64,000 nucleotides of DNA from Polyangiaceae bacterium. GTDB lineage: Bacteria; Myxococcota_A; Polyangia; Polyangiales; Polyangiaceae. Positions 38,882-52,147 of this stretch are shown piece after piece. How positions within the stretch are numbered: position 1 is the stretch's first letter; every line of letters starts with the position of its first letter. Location: assembly GCA_046351325.1 (NCBI GenBank), contig JAXLYR010000002.1:496334-560333 (forward strand), in the 5' to 3' direction. The translations under genes were made by a program, and so were the position numbers. The notes under the pieces are model-generated. The model was not told where the DNA came from. It did not search any database and was given only the letters and a program-made list of their open reading frames with translations.

Positions 38882-39709
38882 ATGCGACGATTCTTTACAT
38901 GCTTTGCGGTCTTCTCCGGGCTGTTCCTCGTGTTCTCGAGCGGCTGCGGGGATGATGGAACGGGCGGGTCGGGGGCGACCGGCGGTTCGGGTGGTTCGGG
39001 CGGCGGCGCGGGCGCCACAGGCGGCGCGGGTGGCGGGGGGCCGCAGCCAGTCTGCACCGACCCCGTCGCGGTGCCGTGCGAGGACGAGGTCATTCTCCAG
39101 ATGAACCTCCAGCCCGATCCTGCGCCGGGGCTCATCAGCAACACCGCCGACGGCGCGGATTGGGTCAGCCTGGTCGACGCCACCGCCGGCGGCGCGTTCG
39201 CGACCACACCCGACTCCTACGTGTACGCGCGCTTCACGGCCAATGGCCTCGAGAAGGTCGATATCTCCGACGAGGACTCTCTCACCTCGATGGATTGGGA
39301 CATCGCCTTCCGCCGATATGTCGTTCGGATCAACAGCGGACACTCGGGGCCTTCCTGCGTGACCGCGGCGCGTGTCCCGTCGACCACCTACGACGAGCTC
39401 ACCACGCTCCCCGACAACCTCACATTCCACAAGGACGAGTATTTCACCGACACGTGTGAGCTCATCGCCGACGGGACTGGACTGCCTGGCTCGCCCGCCA
39501 CCGCGCTCGCCAGCTATTGGACATACCCGGGTTGCGTGTCGATGACGAAGAACGTCTACGCAATCGAGCTTCAAGACGGTCGCCACGTGAAGTTCACCGT
39601 GGAGCTCTATTACAACGAGGCCGCGCAAGCGCAGTGCGACACCTCGGGCAGCGTTCCAATGAACAACAACGGGTCGGCCAACTTCCAGGTTCGCTGGGCC
39701 GAGCTATGA
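38882..39709 (+). CDS. Hypothetical lipoprotein
   Basis: MRRFFTCFAVFSGLFLVFSSGC-GDDGTG followed by a Gly-rich tether. The stop overlaps the next gene's start (ATGA), indicating an operon. Confidence 0.6.
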   Translation: MRRFFTCFAVFSGLFLVFSSGCGDDGTGGSGATGGSGGSGGGAGATGGAGGGGPQPVCTDPVAVPCEDEVILQMNLQPDPAPGLISNTADGADWVSLVDATAGGAFATTPDSYVYARFTANGLEKVDISDEDSLTSMDWDIAFRRYVVRINSGHSGPSCVTAARVPSTTYDELTTLPDNLTFHKDEYFTDTCELIADGTGLPGSPATALASYWTYPGCVSMTKNVYAIELQDGRHVKFTVELYYNEAAQAQCDTSGSVPMNNNGSANFQVRWAEL

Positions 39710-41292
39710 GACCCCGTTGGAGCGCATTGGCGCTCGCGCCGCTCCTCAGTTTGAGCGCGTGCGCGGACGACCATTTCCCGTCCGATCTGGCGGGCTCGCC
39801 CCAGGCGGGCGCGCTCGTGCGGCCGGACACTCCGGGCAACAATCTCCAGTTCAGGTTCGACCCGGGCGACGTCGTCGAGACCTTCCCCTCACCGGGCGGT
39901 AACTTCCTCGTCCACTTCGCCCGGACGGGCGCGAACGCGGTCCCGGCGACCGACAATGATGCGTCCGGGGTGCCCGACTTCGTCGAGCAAGTGGCGAATA
40001 TTTACGATGCAGTCGGCGCCTTTTACGTGTCGCTCGGCTTCAAGGTCCCGCCCTCGGACGCTTCGGTCGCCGACAATGGCGGCGACGGCCGGTTCGACGT
40101 CTACCTCGTGGATTTCGCGGGCGTCGGGGACGGGACCTTCCAGGTCGACGAGTGCCCGCAAGGCGACCAGTGCATCGGCTACATGGTCGAGGAGAACGAT
40201 TACGCGGGGTATGGATATCCATCTACGCTGATCGCCAATCGGATCCTCGCGAGCCACGAATACTTTCACGCTGTACAAGCCGGTTACGACCACGACCAGG
40301 GCTCCGTCCTGGCCGAGGGCACGGCTGTTTGGGCGACAGAGACCTTCGACCCGTCGCTCAACGACTTCGAGGCCTTCCTCGACGGCTATATGGATAACGT
40401 CGACAGGCCAATCGACGAGCCGCTGCCGGGGCCCGTCGACCCATTCAGCTACGGCGCTGCCATCTTCTTCGAGTTCTTGCACGAGGCCTACGGCCCGACG
40501 ATGGTCCGCTCGCTCTGGGAGGCTTGCGAGAATGGCGCGAACGGCGTCGCGGATCCGTATTGGCTCGATGTCCTCGAGCCGACGCTAGAGACCGTCGCGG
40601 CGGTCACCTTCGCCGAGGCTTTTACCGACTTTGCGCGGTGGAACCTCTACACCGGCAGCTTGGCCGATCCGGAGATCGCGTACGCGCGCGGCTCCGCTTA
40701 TCCAAAGCCCAAGACGGAGACCATCACGCTCCCGCACCAAGACGACTCGCTGAGGCTCTATCGCGCTTCGTCCCAATACTTCAGCGCAGACCCCGCGGGC
40801 CGGGTCGAGATGACGGCTGCGCTCGTGCCTACAGCTTTGTCACCGGATGGCACGGACGGCGTCAAGCTCATCCTGGCCGCGCAGGCGGGCCAGAACCTCT
40901 CGGTGAAGGTCGTCGACGATGTCAGCGCCGGCGCCGAGACGCTCGCGACCACAGGCGTATCGAAGTTCTTCGTCGTCGCGGTCAACACCAACGTCATTGG
41001 CGAGTCGAAGAAGCCGGGGCTCTGCGTCGGAACGCCGAGCGAGGTCACGAGCTGCGTCGCAGCGCTCACGAACAACGAGGGCGGGGGCGGCGCAGGTGGG
41101 GGCGGCGCGGGCGGCGGTGACGCGGGCGGCGCAGGGGGTGCGGGTGGGGGCGCGAACCCGGATGACGGTGGAGACGGCGACGGCTGCGGCTGCGCAGTCC
41201 CCAGCTCGAACGCGCCACCGGGGCTCGCGTTTGCGTTCGCGATCCTCGGCGGTGCAGCGCTCTTCGCTCGTCGCCGCTCTCGACGCGCGTGA
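39706..41292 (+). CDS. Secreted putative metalloprotease (HExxH) with MYXO-CTERM sorting tail
   Basis: Signal peptide MRPRWSALALAPLLSLSAC. Zincin-like HEYFHAVQ. The C-terminus has a Gly-rich run, then GCGCAVPSS…LAFAFAILGGAALFARRRSRRA. Confidence 0.7.
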   Translation: MRPRWSALALAPLLSLSACADDHFPSDLAGSPQAGALVRPDTPGNNLQFRFDPGDVVETFPSPGGNFLVHFARTGANAVPATDNDASGVPDFVEQVANIYDAVGAFYVSLGFKVPPSDASVADNGGDGRFDVYLVDFAGVGDGTFQVDECPQGDQCIGYMVEENDYAGYGYPSTLIANRILASHEYFHAVQAGYDHDQGSVLAEGTAVWATETFDPSLNDFEAFLDGYMDNVDRPIDEPLPGPVDPFSYGAAIFFEFLHEAYGPTMVRSLWEACENGANGVADPYWLDVLEPTLETVAAVTFAEAFTDFARWNLYTGSLADPEIAYARGSAYPKPKTETITLPHQDDSLRLYRASSQYFSADPAGRVEMTAALVPTALSPDGTDGVKLILAAQAGQNLSVKVVDDVSAGAETLATTGVSKFFVVAVNTNVIGESKKPGLCVGTPSEVTSCVAALTNNEGGGGAGGGGAGGGDAGGAGGAGGGANPDDGGDGDGCGCAVPSSNAPPGLAFAFAILGGAALFARRRSRRA

Positions 41293-41326
41293 CTCGCGCG
41301 CGACGGGTCTGGTGTAGCCTGGTCTC

Positions 41327-42952
41327 GTGCGTAAGACCTTGCTTCTCGGATCTGTCGCGACCTTGTTGCTCGCCGTCGCTCCCGCCCACGCCGAGCCCAC
41401 TCCCGATACACCCGGCACCCGCGCGCTGACGTGGTTCGTCGACGGCGGCAGGCCGATCGCGGCCGAGCGCGTCGGCGACGCGCGACCCGATTTGGCGGGG
41501 CACCTGCTGACGCCGCTTCTCCTGCACTATCCGATGCGCGGGGACCGTCCGGCGCAGGCGTTTTCGGCGTCGGTCGACGCGACCGCCATCGTGCGCGTCG
41601 CGCCAGGCGCGCGAGACAAGGTCGAGGAGCTCGTCGCGTCTCGAGGCGGTCGAATGGGTGACGAGCTCTCGCCGTCGCTCGGCCTGTTTTTGGTCGAGGA
41701 CGTGACGGGCAAAGACGGGCTCGATCTCGCGTCGCGATTGACCAATAGCGCCGCCCGCGACGCCGGTGTGGTGGAGGCTGTCCCGAATCTGTATCTGCGG
41801 GTCAAAGCGACGGCCGACCCCTACACGCCGACCGATCCCCGGTTCGGTGGACAATGGTATTTCCAGAATATCGGGATGCCCGATGCGTGGGGAATCACAC
41901 GCGGGGACGCCTCGACGACGGTCGTTGTCATCGACACTGGCTGCGATCTCAGTCACCCGGATTTGGTCAGTAAGCTCGACGAGGGCCTCGACGTCGTCGA
42001 CAACGACAACGACCCGAGCTTCTCACCCACGGACTCGGGCGCCGCGCACGGGACCGAGTGCGCGGGGATCATCGGCGCCGCCACTGACAATGATGAAGGC
42101 ATCGCTGGCGGCTGTCCCGAGTGTCGATTGCGCTGCGTGCGATTCCTCAGCGACCAGTCCGTGCCGCTCTCGGCGACGGTCGCTGCCTTCCAGTTTGCGA
42201 TCGACGTCGACGCCGCGGTGGTATCGAACAGTTGGGGCTACGTCGACCCTATCGCGGTGCCGGCGATGGTGTCCGACGTCATTCATGAGCTCTATACGAA
42301 CGGTCGTGGCGGCCGCGGCGCGCTCGTCCTCTTCGCGGCAGGCAACGACGACCGAGACATCAACGATGATGAGCTTCAGGCCGCCGATGGCGTCTTGTGC
42401 ATCGGCGCGATCAACAACTTCGACGAATCGACGCCCTTCACCAATCGCGGTAACGCGCTCGACTTGGTCGCGCCGACGGGGACCGTGACAACCGACATAT
42501 CGGGGCCCGGCGGTGAGGACCCGACGGATTATACGAGCCTGTTCGGGGGCACGTCGTCAGCGTGTCCTGTCGCCGCTGGCGTGGCCGGGCTCCTCGTCAG
42601 CGCCGCCCCGGAGAAGACCTCGGCCGAGCTCTATTCGACGCTGATCGAGACGACGCGCCCTGCGCCGTTTGCCGAGCCGGACGCGAACGGACACGACGCT
42701 GTTTACGGCTATGGCATCATTCAACCGGCCAAGGCCCTCCAAGTCGCTTTGGGCCTGCCTGGCGAGGGCGGCGGCGGAGCGGGGGCAGGCGGCGGCCCCG
42801 CCACTGGCGGGAGCGGCGGGTCGGGCGGCTCGACCGACGGTGGCGACGACGACGGGTGCAGCTGCACGGTCGGCTCGACCCCCTCGTTCGAGAGAGGGCT
42901 CACGGTCTTGTTGCTGGGCGCGCTCTACGGCGTTCGCCGGCGGCGCCGCTAA
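41327..42952 (+). CDS. Subtilisin-like S8 serine peptidase with MYXO-CTERM sorting tail
   Basis: Asp/His/Ser motifs VVVIDTGCD, HGTECAG and GGTSSACP. The C-terminus has a Gly-rich run, then GCSCTV…LLLGALYGVRRRRR. Confidence 0.85.
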   Translation: MRKTLLLGSVATLLLAVAPAHAEPTPDTPGTRALTWFVDGGRPIAAERVGDARPDLAGHLLTPLLLHYPMRGDRPAQAFSASVDATAIVRVAPGARDKVEELVASRGGRMGDELSPSLGLFLVEDVTGKDGLDLASRLTNSAARDAGVVEAVPNLYLRVKATADPYTPTDPRFGGQWYFQNIGMPDAWGITRGDASTTVVVIDTGCDLSHPDLVSKLDEGLDVVDNDNDPSFSPTDSGAAHGTECAGIIGAATDNDEGIAGGCPECRLRCVRFLSDQSVPLSATVAAFQFAIDVDAAVVSNSWGYVDPIAVPAMVSDVIHELYTNGRGGRGALVLFAAGNDDRDINDDELQAADGVLCIGAINNFDESTPFTNRGNALDLVAPTGTVTTDISGPGGEDPTDYTSLFGGTSSACPVAAGVAGLLVSAAPEKTSAELYSTLIETTRPAPFAEPDANGHDAVYGYGIIQPAKALQVALGLPGEGGGGAGAGGGPATGGSGGSGGSTDGGDDDGCSCTVGSTPSFERGLTVLLLGALYGVRRRRR

Positions 42953-42968
42953 CAGTGTAAAAGGAAAC

Positions 42969-42997
42969 GGCCCGCCCCCTTCGAGAGGAGCGGGCCG
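42969..42997. terminator. Putative bidirectional hairpin between convergent genes
   Basis: Inverted repeat GGCCCGC…(loop)…GCGGGCC lies directly after the S8 gene's TAA. A second short palindrome GCCAGC-GTCC-GCTGGC sits at ~43017-43033 before the cytochrome gene's stop. Confidence 0.4.
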
Positions 42998-43049
42998 CGC
43001 TGATTACGTGAGCCGAGCCAGCGTCCGGCTGGCCCTTATGGGGTGGGCC

Positions 43050-46077
<3,028 letters not shown>

Positions 46078-46493
46078 TGAGCTGACCCGAAGGTCGCCAG
46101 TTTTGCGCTTATCGCCGCAGAGACTTCGTGAAATGGGGCTTAGGGCGAATGCCCGCCAACGCCTTTGTTTGGGGGGCAATCGACCTGCGCGAGCGCGCGC
46201 GCCGCGAGCGTCAGTCGGTGACAGAGATAGAGCAGCTCGTCCGCGATCTGTTCGGCGAGACCCGAATGAGGTTCGGCGGGGACGATGACGTCCAATTCGT
46301 CGAGCAGCGCGCGGACGACCCCAGCCTGTCGACGCAGGCTGACGATGTCCGACGCGGGATTGTCGACAATCGAGGGGAGGGTGAGTTCGGTCGGGAGAGC
46401 AGCGGCCACGTCGTCCTCCGTAAAGCGGAGTGTCAGTGAGCACAGGACATGCCACGCCGTCCGAACAACTGAATCGCAGCACTTCGCGCCGTA

Positions 46494-46521
46494 AAAGCGA
46501 TTGGGGAAGCGATTGGGGAAC
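46494..46521. repeat. Short tandem direct repeat (2 x ~13 bp)
   Basis: aagcgattgggga-agcgattgggga in an intergenic region. Confidence 0.6.
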
Positions 46522-46586
46522 AGCGCCGTAGTGCGTCTGTTGCGGCCGCTCGCAGAGCTTGCGCAGTTGGCTGGAGAGAACGCTGG

Positions 46587-48041
46587 CTAGAGAGAAGGCG
46601 GGTTTGGAGAGGCCAGTCCGCCCCTCGCCCCGCGATAGACGAAGGCCCCCGAGACGAAGTCTGCGAACCCGTCTTGGTCAATATCGCCGGGCGCGACGAG
46701 GAGCCCCTCGGGGAGCCACATCGCTTCTCTCTTGGGCTTGGCAGTCGCTATCGGTTTGTCCATAATGGACAGTTTTGAACCGTGGAAGACGTAGGTACCC
46801 GTCGTCGCGCAGCCGCCGACCTTCTTGTCCAAAGCAACGCACGAAGCGATCGCCACGAGATCCTGATAGCCGTCCCCATCGATGTCACCCGGCGCCGCGA
46901 GCGCGCTGCCGAAATGGCCATTGGGGCCGTCTTGGCCCTTCAGCGTGACAGCGGCTTTGGGCTCGAGTCCGCTCGTCGAACCTCGGTAGATTTCGACGCG
47001 CCCGCCGTCGAGCTTGCCGGCCTTGTCGGGCTCGGCCGGGCGCCCCAGCGCGACGTCGGATTTGCCGTCTCCGTCGAAGTCACCCATCGCGATCGTGGCG
47101 CCAGCGCCGACCTCGAGCAAGCGGGCTGGCTGACCGAGGGCTTTACCCTCTTTGCCTTGGAGCCACAGGAGCTCGGTGCCGCGAACCCAGACCAGGTCGC
47201 GGTGCCCGTCGCCGTCGAGATCACCCGAGGCCACCGCCGCTGGCGCCGGAGCTTTGCCGTCGTTGGGGCTCAGCTGAAAGCCCTTTGCGCTGAGGCCCGC
47301 GCCCTCCCGGAGGGAGGTCTTATCCCCATATCGGGCGCGGACCCCGAAATAGAGCACGAGGCCGCCCCCGGTCTCCGCGGCCAAGAGGTCGGCGCGGCCG
47401 TCACCGTTCACGTCGCCGACTGGAAATAGCAGATACCCGAGGTTGGTGTTGTCTTGGGAGGCCTCGACCTTCGCCGAGGGGTCGAGCTCCAGCGGCTTGG
47501 TCGAACCTACGGACTTGTTTGTAAGCTCGCTCGCGCCCCCGGTGAAGACATAGAGCGCGCCCTTGCCGCAAACAGGTTTGGCGGTCGCCCTATCGGGGCA
47601 ATCGGGATCACCAAACACCAAATCAGCCTTGCCGTCGGCGTCGAGGTCGCCCGCGATCACCAGCGTCGTGAAGAGGCCGACGGTGCTGCGGCCCGTGGGC
47701 AAAGGGGTGAGGCCGCGCGCCGACGCGAGCCCGTCTTTGCCCCCGAAGAAGAGGCGAGAGCCCCCGAGGACCGCGTCGGGCAGGCCGTCGCCGTCCACGT
47801 CGCCAGTGCCCGGCAGGGCGCGCGGGTCGACGGGGACGATGGGGCGAGGCGGAGGCTCGACCACGACAGGCGTGCTCGACGCGGAGCCGGTGGAGGACGC
47901 TGAGGTCGTGGGCCCCGCCGAGCTCGCGCTCGAGCTCGCGCTCGGTGTGTCACTCGAAGGAGAGCTCGCGCACGCGAGGACCCCGAGCGCGACGCACGCG
48001 AGAGCCCCCCAAGCGCAGTCTTTCACGAACGCACCGGACAC
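46587..48041 (-). CDS. FG-GAP repeat (integrin-alpha-like beta-propeller) lipoprotein
   Basis: Lipobox GVLAC. Repeated DxDGDG Ca-binding loops (GDVDGDGLPD, GDLDADGKADL, GDVNGDGRADL, GDLDGDGHRDL, GDFDGDGKSDV, GDIDGDGYQDL, GDIDQDGFADF). Confidence 0.75.
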   Translation of the reverse strand: MSGAFVKDCAWGALACVALGVLACASSPSSDTPSASSSASSAGPTTSASSTGSASSTPVVVEPPPRPIVPVDPRALPGTGDVDGDGLPDAVLGGSRLFFGGKDGLASARGLTPLPTGRSTVGLFTTLVIAGDLDADGKADLVFGDPDCPDRATAKPVCGKGALYVFTGGASELTNKSVGSTKPLELDPSAKVEASQDNTNLGYLLFPVGDVNGDGRADLLAAETGGGLVLYFGVRARYGDKTSLREGAGLSAKGFQLSPNDGKAPAPAAVASGDLDGDGHRDLVWVRGTELLWLQGKEGKALGQPARLLEVGAGATIAMGDFDGDGKSDVALGRPAEPDKAGKLDGGRVEIYRGSTSGLEPKAAVTLKGQDGPNGHFGSALAAPGDIDGDGYQDLVAIASCVALDKKVGGCATTGTYVFHGSKLSIMDKPIATAKPKREAMWLPEGLLVAPGDIDQDGFADFVSGAFVYRGARGGLASPNPPSL

Positions 48042-48871
48042 AGATGGTGGAGCAAGGTCGCGAGGACCTTCTTCATCTCGAGGCGCGACGTGATGAGGTC
48101 GACCATGCCGTGATCGAGCAGGAACTCCGAGCGCTGGAAGCCGCGTGGGAGCGTCTGGCGGAGCGTGTTCTCGATGACGCGTGGACCGGCAAACCCGATG
48201 AGGGCCTTGGGCTCGGCGACGTTGACGTCACCGAGGAACGCGAAGCTCGCAGCGACGCCACCCGTCGTCGGGTGCAAGAGAACGGACACGAAGGGCTGAC
48301 CGATTCTCCTGAAGCGCTCGAGCGCGGCGACCGCTTTGGCCATCTGCATGAGCGAGAGGATGCCCTCCTGCATGCGGGCGCCGCCGGAGGCTTGCAGCAG
48401 CACTACGGGCCGCTCGAGCTCGGTCGCGCGTTCGAAGAGCCTCGCGACCTTCTCACCGGCGACAGAGCCCATGCTGCCGCCCATGAACGCGAAGTGAAAT
48501 GTGCCGAACGCGATCTCCCGGCCCGAGAGTCGAGCCGCGCCGATCGTCACGGAGTCCCGCGTGCCGGCTCGCTTCTGCGCTTGGGCGATCCGCTCGGGAT
48601 AAGACTTGCCGTCGGCGAACCCGAGCGGGTCGGTCGCGGCGAGCTCAGGGGACCACTCGTCGAGCGCGCCGTCGTCGAGCAGCAGGCGCCGCCAGCCGTC
48701 CGAGTCGAGCACGTGGTGGTGGTGGCACGCGGGGCAGACCTGGAAATTCTTCGCGAGGTCGGCGGTCGTCAGCGTCGCGCCGCAGCCGTCGCATTTCTTG
48801 AAGATGCCCTCGCCGAGCGTGCGCTTCTCGCTCGCGTCGAGTGTGGGGCTCGTCTTCTCCGGCCAGCTCAT
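48023..48871 (-). CDS. accD: Acetyl-CoA carboxylase carboxyltransferase beta subunit
   Basis: N-terminal Zn-ribbon CDGCGA…CPACHHH. Carboxyltransferase motifs [15 protein letters not shown]. Confidence 0.9.
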   Translation of the reverse strand: MSWPEKTSPTLDASEKRTLGEGIFKKCDGCGATLTTADLAKNFQVCPACHHHHVLDSDGWRRLLLDDGALDEWSPELAATDPLGFADGKSYPERIAQAQKRAGTRDSVTIGAARLSGREIAFGTFHFAFMGGSMGSVAGEKVARLFERATELERPVVLLQASGGARMQEGILSLMQMAKAVAALERFRRIGQPFVSVLLHPTTGGVAASFAFLGDVNVAEPKALIGFAGPRVIENTLRQTLPRGFQRSEFLLDHGMVDLITSRLEMKKVLATLLHHLCPVRS

Positions 48872-49539
48872 GCCTTGCTCGGCGCGAGCGGTGTCTCGCG
48901 AAGATCGCTCGAGACCTTGAGATCGGGCTCGGTGGCGGCCTGCACGTCACGAGCGCTGACGCCGGGCGCGACCTCGAGCAGGACGAGGCCGTCGGGCGTC
49001 ACGTCGATCGTCGCGAGCTCCGTGATGATCCGATGAACGACGCCGCGGCCCGTGAGCGGCAAGCGGCACTCCTTGAGGATCTTCGGCGCGCCCGACTTGG
49101 CTGCGTGCTCCATGATGACGACGACGCGGCGGGCCCGCGCGACGAGATCCATCGCGCCGCCCATGCCCTTCACCATTTTGCCGGGGATCATCCAGTTCGC
49201 GAGATCACCCGCGGCGCTCACCTCCATCGCGCCGAGGATCGCGAGGTCGATGTGACCGCCGCGGATCTGCGCGAAGCTGTCGGCGCTCGAGAAGATCGCC
49301 GAGCCGGGGAGCATCGTGACGGTCTCTTTGCCGGCGTTGATGAGGTCCGCGTCCTCCTGACCCTCGAGCGGGTAGGGGCCGATGCCGAGCAGGCCGTTCT
49401 CGCTCTGGAGGACGACCTCGATGCCGCTCGGGATGTAGTTCGCGACCAGCGTCGGCATGCCGATGCCGAGGTTCACGTAGTAGCCGTCGCGCAGCTCGAG
49501 GGCCGCGCGTTGTGCGATCTGCTCACGCGTGAGAGCCAT
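48868..49539 (-). CDS. scoB: 3-oxoacid CoA-transferase subunit B
   Basis: …VNLGIGMPT… with the catalytic Glu context SENG. Typical subunit-B length. Confidence 0.9.
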   Translation of the reverse strand: MALTREQIAQRAALELRDGYYVNLGIGMPTLVANYIPSGIEVVLQSENGLLGIGPYPLEGQEDADLINAGKETVTMLPGSAIFSSADSFAQIRGGHIDLAILGAMEVSAAGDLANWMIPGKMVKGMGGAMDLVARARRVVVIMEHAAKSGAPKILKECRLPLTGRGVVHRIITELATIDVTPDGLVLLEVAPGVSARDVQAATEPDLKVSSDLRETPLAPSKA

Positions 49540-49551
49540 CGTCGTAGCCTT

Positions 49552-50310
49552 TCAAGCCTTGGGGGTTTTCTGCACGGTGCGCCGCTCGATGCGCTTCTCG
49601 TACGCGTCGCCTTGGAAGATGCGCTTCACGAAGATGCCGGGCGTGTGCACGTAGTTGGGGTCGATCGTGCCGACCTCGACGAGCTCCTCGACCTCGGCGA
49701 TGGTGACCTTCGCGGCCATCGCCATCATCGGGTTGAAGTTCATCGCCGTGTGTCGATAGACGAGGTTGCCGTGGCGGTCGCCCTTCCACGCTTTAACGAT
49801 GGCAAAGTCACCGGTGATGGCGCGCTCGAGGACGTAGTCGCGCCCGTCGAAGGAGCGGATCTCCTTCTTCTCGGAGAGCTTGTCGACGGCCCCGTCCTTC
49901 GTGTGGCGGACAGGCATCCCGCCGTCGCTCACCGCGGTGTGCACGCCAGTCGGCGTGTAGAACGCGGGGATCCCCGCGCCGCCCGCGCGCAGGCGCTCGG
50001 CGAGCGTGCCCTGCGGCACGAGCTCGACCTCGAGCTCGCCGGTCAGATATTGGCGTTCGAACTCTTTGTTCTCACCGACGTAGCTCGAGACCATTCGCCG
50101 GATTTGCCGGTTACGCAGCAAGATCCCGAGTCCGAAGTCGTCGACCCCGCAGTTGTTCGACACGAACACGAGCTCCTTCGTCCCGAGCTCGCGCAGCGCC
50201 CGAATGCAGTTCTCCGGGATGCCGCAGAGGCCGAACCCACCCGCCAGGATCGTCGCCCCATCGGGGATGTCGCGGACGGCGTCTACTGCGCTCTTCACGA
50301 CTTTGTCCAT
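49552..50310 (-). CDS. scoA: 3-oxoacid CoA-transferase subunit A
   Basis: [33 protein letters not shown] is the typical subunit-A N-terminus. Confidence 0.9.
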   Translation of the reverse strand: MDKVVKSAVDAVRDIPDGATILAGGFGLCGIPENCIRALRELGTKELVFVSNNCGVDDFGLGILLRNRQIRRMVSSYVGENKEFERQYLTGELEVELVPQGTLAERLRAGGAGIPAFYTPTGVHTAVSDGGMPVRHTKDGAVDKLSEKKEIRSFDGRDYVLERAITGDFAIVKAWKGDRHGNLVYRHTAMNFNPMMAMAAKVTIAEVEELVEVGTIDPNYVHTPGIFVKRIFQGDAYEKRIERRTVQKTPKA

Positions 50311-50418
50311 GCGTCGCCTCTAGACGATCTCCCGGCGGAGCGCGAGCGCTAGCTCTCTACGCGGCGCGGCGAACGGGCGAAGGTGGTGCGCCGCGCGCAC
50401 TGCGCGTAATAAGACGCG

Positions 50419-51024
50419 ATGGGACACATCGCGCGCGTCGCCGTCTATTGCGGTTCTAGTCCTGGTTTTCGCGCTGTGTTCGCGGACGCCGCGAGGGACT
50501 TCGGCAGAGCTCTCGCGCGCCGCGGAATGCACCTCGTCTACGGCGGCGGCAAGGTCGGCTTGATGGGCGTCATTGCCGACTCCGTCCTCGCGAGCGGGGG
50601 TGAGGTCGACGGCGTGATCCCTGATTTTCTCAAGGCGAAGGAGCTCGGGCACGACGGGCTCACGCGCCTGTCTGTCGTCTCCACCATGCACGAACGCAAA
50701 GCCAAGATGGCGGCGCTCGCGGACGCGTTCGTCGCGCTGCCGGGGGGCATCGGCACGTGGGAGGAGATCGTCGAGATGACGACGTGGACGCAGCTGCGAC
50801 TGCACGATAAGCCCGTCGCGCTCCTCGACGTCGACGGCTACTATGCCGGCCTCCGCACGATGATCGAGCGCGCCGTCGACGAGGGCTTCATGCGACCCGA
50901 GCACAAGGACGGGATCTTGATCGAGCGCGATCCGGATTGTTTGCTCGACGCGCTCGTCGGTTGGCGACCGCACGCCGTGGAGAAGTGGGTCGGGGTCAAG
51001 CCGCTCGGGCCGGAGCGGGGGTAG
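50419..51024 (+). CDS. LOG-family cytokinin riboside 5'-monophosphate phosphoribohydrolase (TIGR00730)
   Basis: GGGKVGLMG and PGGIGTWEE motifs. Confidence 0.85.
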   Translation: MGHIARVAVYCGSSPGFRAVFADAARDFGRALARRGMHLVYGGGKVGLMGVIADSVLASGGEVDGVIPDFLKAKELGHDGLTRLSVVSTMHERKAKMAALADAFVALPGGIGTWEEIVEMTTWTQLRLHDKPVALLDVDGYYAGLRTMIERAVDEGFMRPEHKDGILIERDPDCLLDALVGWRPHAVEKWVGVKPLGPERG

Positions 51025-51033
51025 CCGAGTTCG

Positions 51034-51546
51034 ATGCGCATCGCGGCGGGCTCTTGCGTGCTTCGTCCCTTCGAACCGGAGGACGCGCCGCGCCTCGCGG
51101 CGCTCGCCGACGACGAGCGCGTTTGGATCAACGTGCGCGACTCGTTCCCGCGCCCTTACACCCAAGAGGACGCGCGCGGCTTCATCGCTTATGCGCTCTC
51201 CGCCGACCCGACGACGCAGCTCGCGATCGACGTGGGCGGCGTGGTCGCGGGCTGCATCGGCGCGGACGGTCGCGACGACGTCGAGCGGCGCACGGTGGAG
51301 CTCGGGTATTGGCTCGGACAACCCTATTGGGGCCGCGGCATCGCGACCGCTGCGGTTCGAGCCTTCGTCCCTTGGATCTGGGAGACGCTCGACGTCCTGC
51401 GGATCGAGGCCTGCGTGTTCTCGTTCAATCCAGCCTCGGCGCGCGTCCTCGAGAAGAGCGGCTTTACGCTCGAGGGGCGGCTGAAGCACGCAGTCTTCAA
51501 GTCGGGGATCGTCGCCGACCGCTTGGTCTACGGGCTCGTTCGGTGA
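51034..51546 (+). CDS. GNAT-family N-acetyltransferase (RimJ/RimL-like)
   Basis: Acetyl-CoA binding segment GRGIATAAV and GYWLGQPYWGRG. Confidence 0.8.
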   Translation: MRIAAGSCVLRPFEPEDAPRLAALADDERVWINVRDSFPRPYTQEDARGFIAYALSADPTTQLAIDVGGVVAGCIGADGRDDVERRTVELGYWLGQPYWGRGIATAAVRAFVPWIWETLDVLRIEACVFSFNPASARVLEKSGFTLEGRLKHAVFKSGIVADRLVYGLVR

Positions 51547-51553
51547 GCGAGAC

Positions 51554-52147
51554 ATGACGCGCGCGAGCGTCGTCCTCGTTGCGGTGCTCTCGTTCGGAGT
51601 CGGCTCGGGCGCCACGCTCGCGGTGCACTTCGCACGAGCGGCTCGTCACAGCGCGGACGCGCGCGACGCCCGAGCGGACGAGGACGGTGACGATGACGAC
51701 GACGGCGCGCGGCACAAATCGCACGCGAAGCACGAGAGCTCCTCGAAGGCGACGAGCCACGCGAGCGCTCCGCCAGCGGCTGCGTCCAACGTGACGCCGT
51801 TGCCAGTGGCCGTCCCGATCGGGCTGCGACCCGTCACCGAGATCGGCAATCGCAGGCTGTCGTCGCTGATGGCGGACGACCTGCAGAAGCGCCTCTTCGG
51901 CTCGGGGTTCAAGGTCGTCAAGCGACTGAACCTCTCGACCGCCGTGAGCTGGGAGATCGTGGACGTGAAGGATCCGGGGGTCCGCGGCGTCGTCCGTTAT
52001 TGGCGAGTGGCCCCCGAGGGCATCACCGCCGAGGGGCACGGTACCTATGACACCGTTGTAGCTCGCGACGGCCGCTCCTTGCTGATCGTGCAGACCGCGG
52101 CCGGGATGGATAGGACCAAGACGCTCGCGGAGAAGCTCACGCAGTGA
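51554..52147 (+). CDS. Hypothetical secreted protein
   Basis: A signal peptide is followed by an acidic/His-rich stretch and then a ~100-aa domain. Its stop overlaps the next gene's start. Confidence 0.5.
   Translation: MTRASVVLVAVLSFGVGSGATLAVHFARAARHSADARDARADEDGDDDDDGARHKSHAKHESSSKATSHASAPPAAASNVTPLPVAVPIGLRPVTEIGNRRLSSLMADDLQKRLFGSGFKVVKRLNLSTAVSWEIVDVKDPGVRGVVRYWRVAPEGITAEGHGTYDTVVARDGRSLLIVQTAAGMDRTKTLAEKLTQ

Noticed and set aside
46494-46521. CRISPR array
   Set aside because: Only two copies of a 13-bp unit with no spacers. No cas genes in the window.
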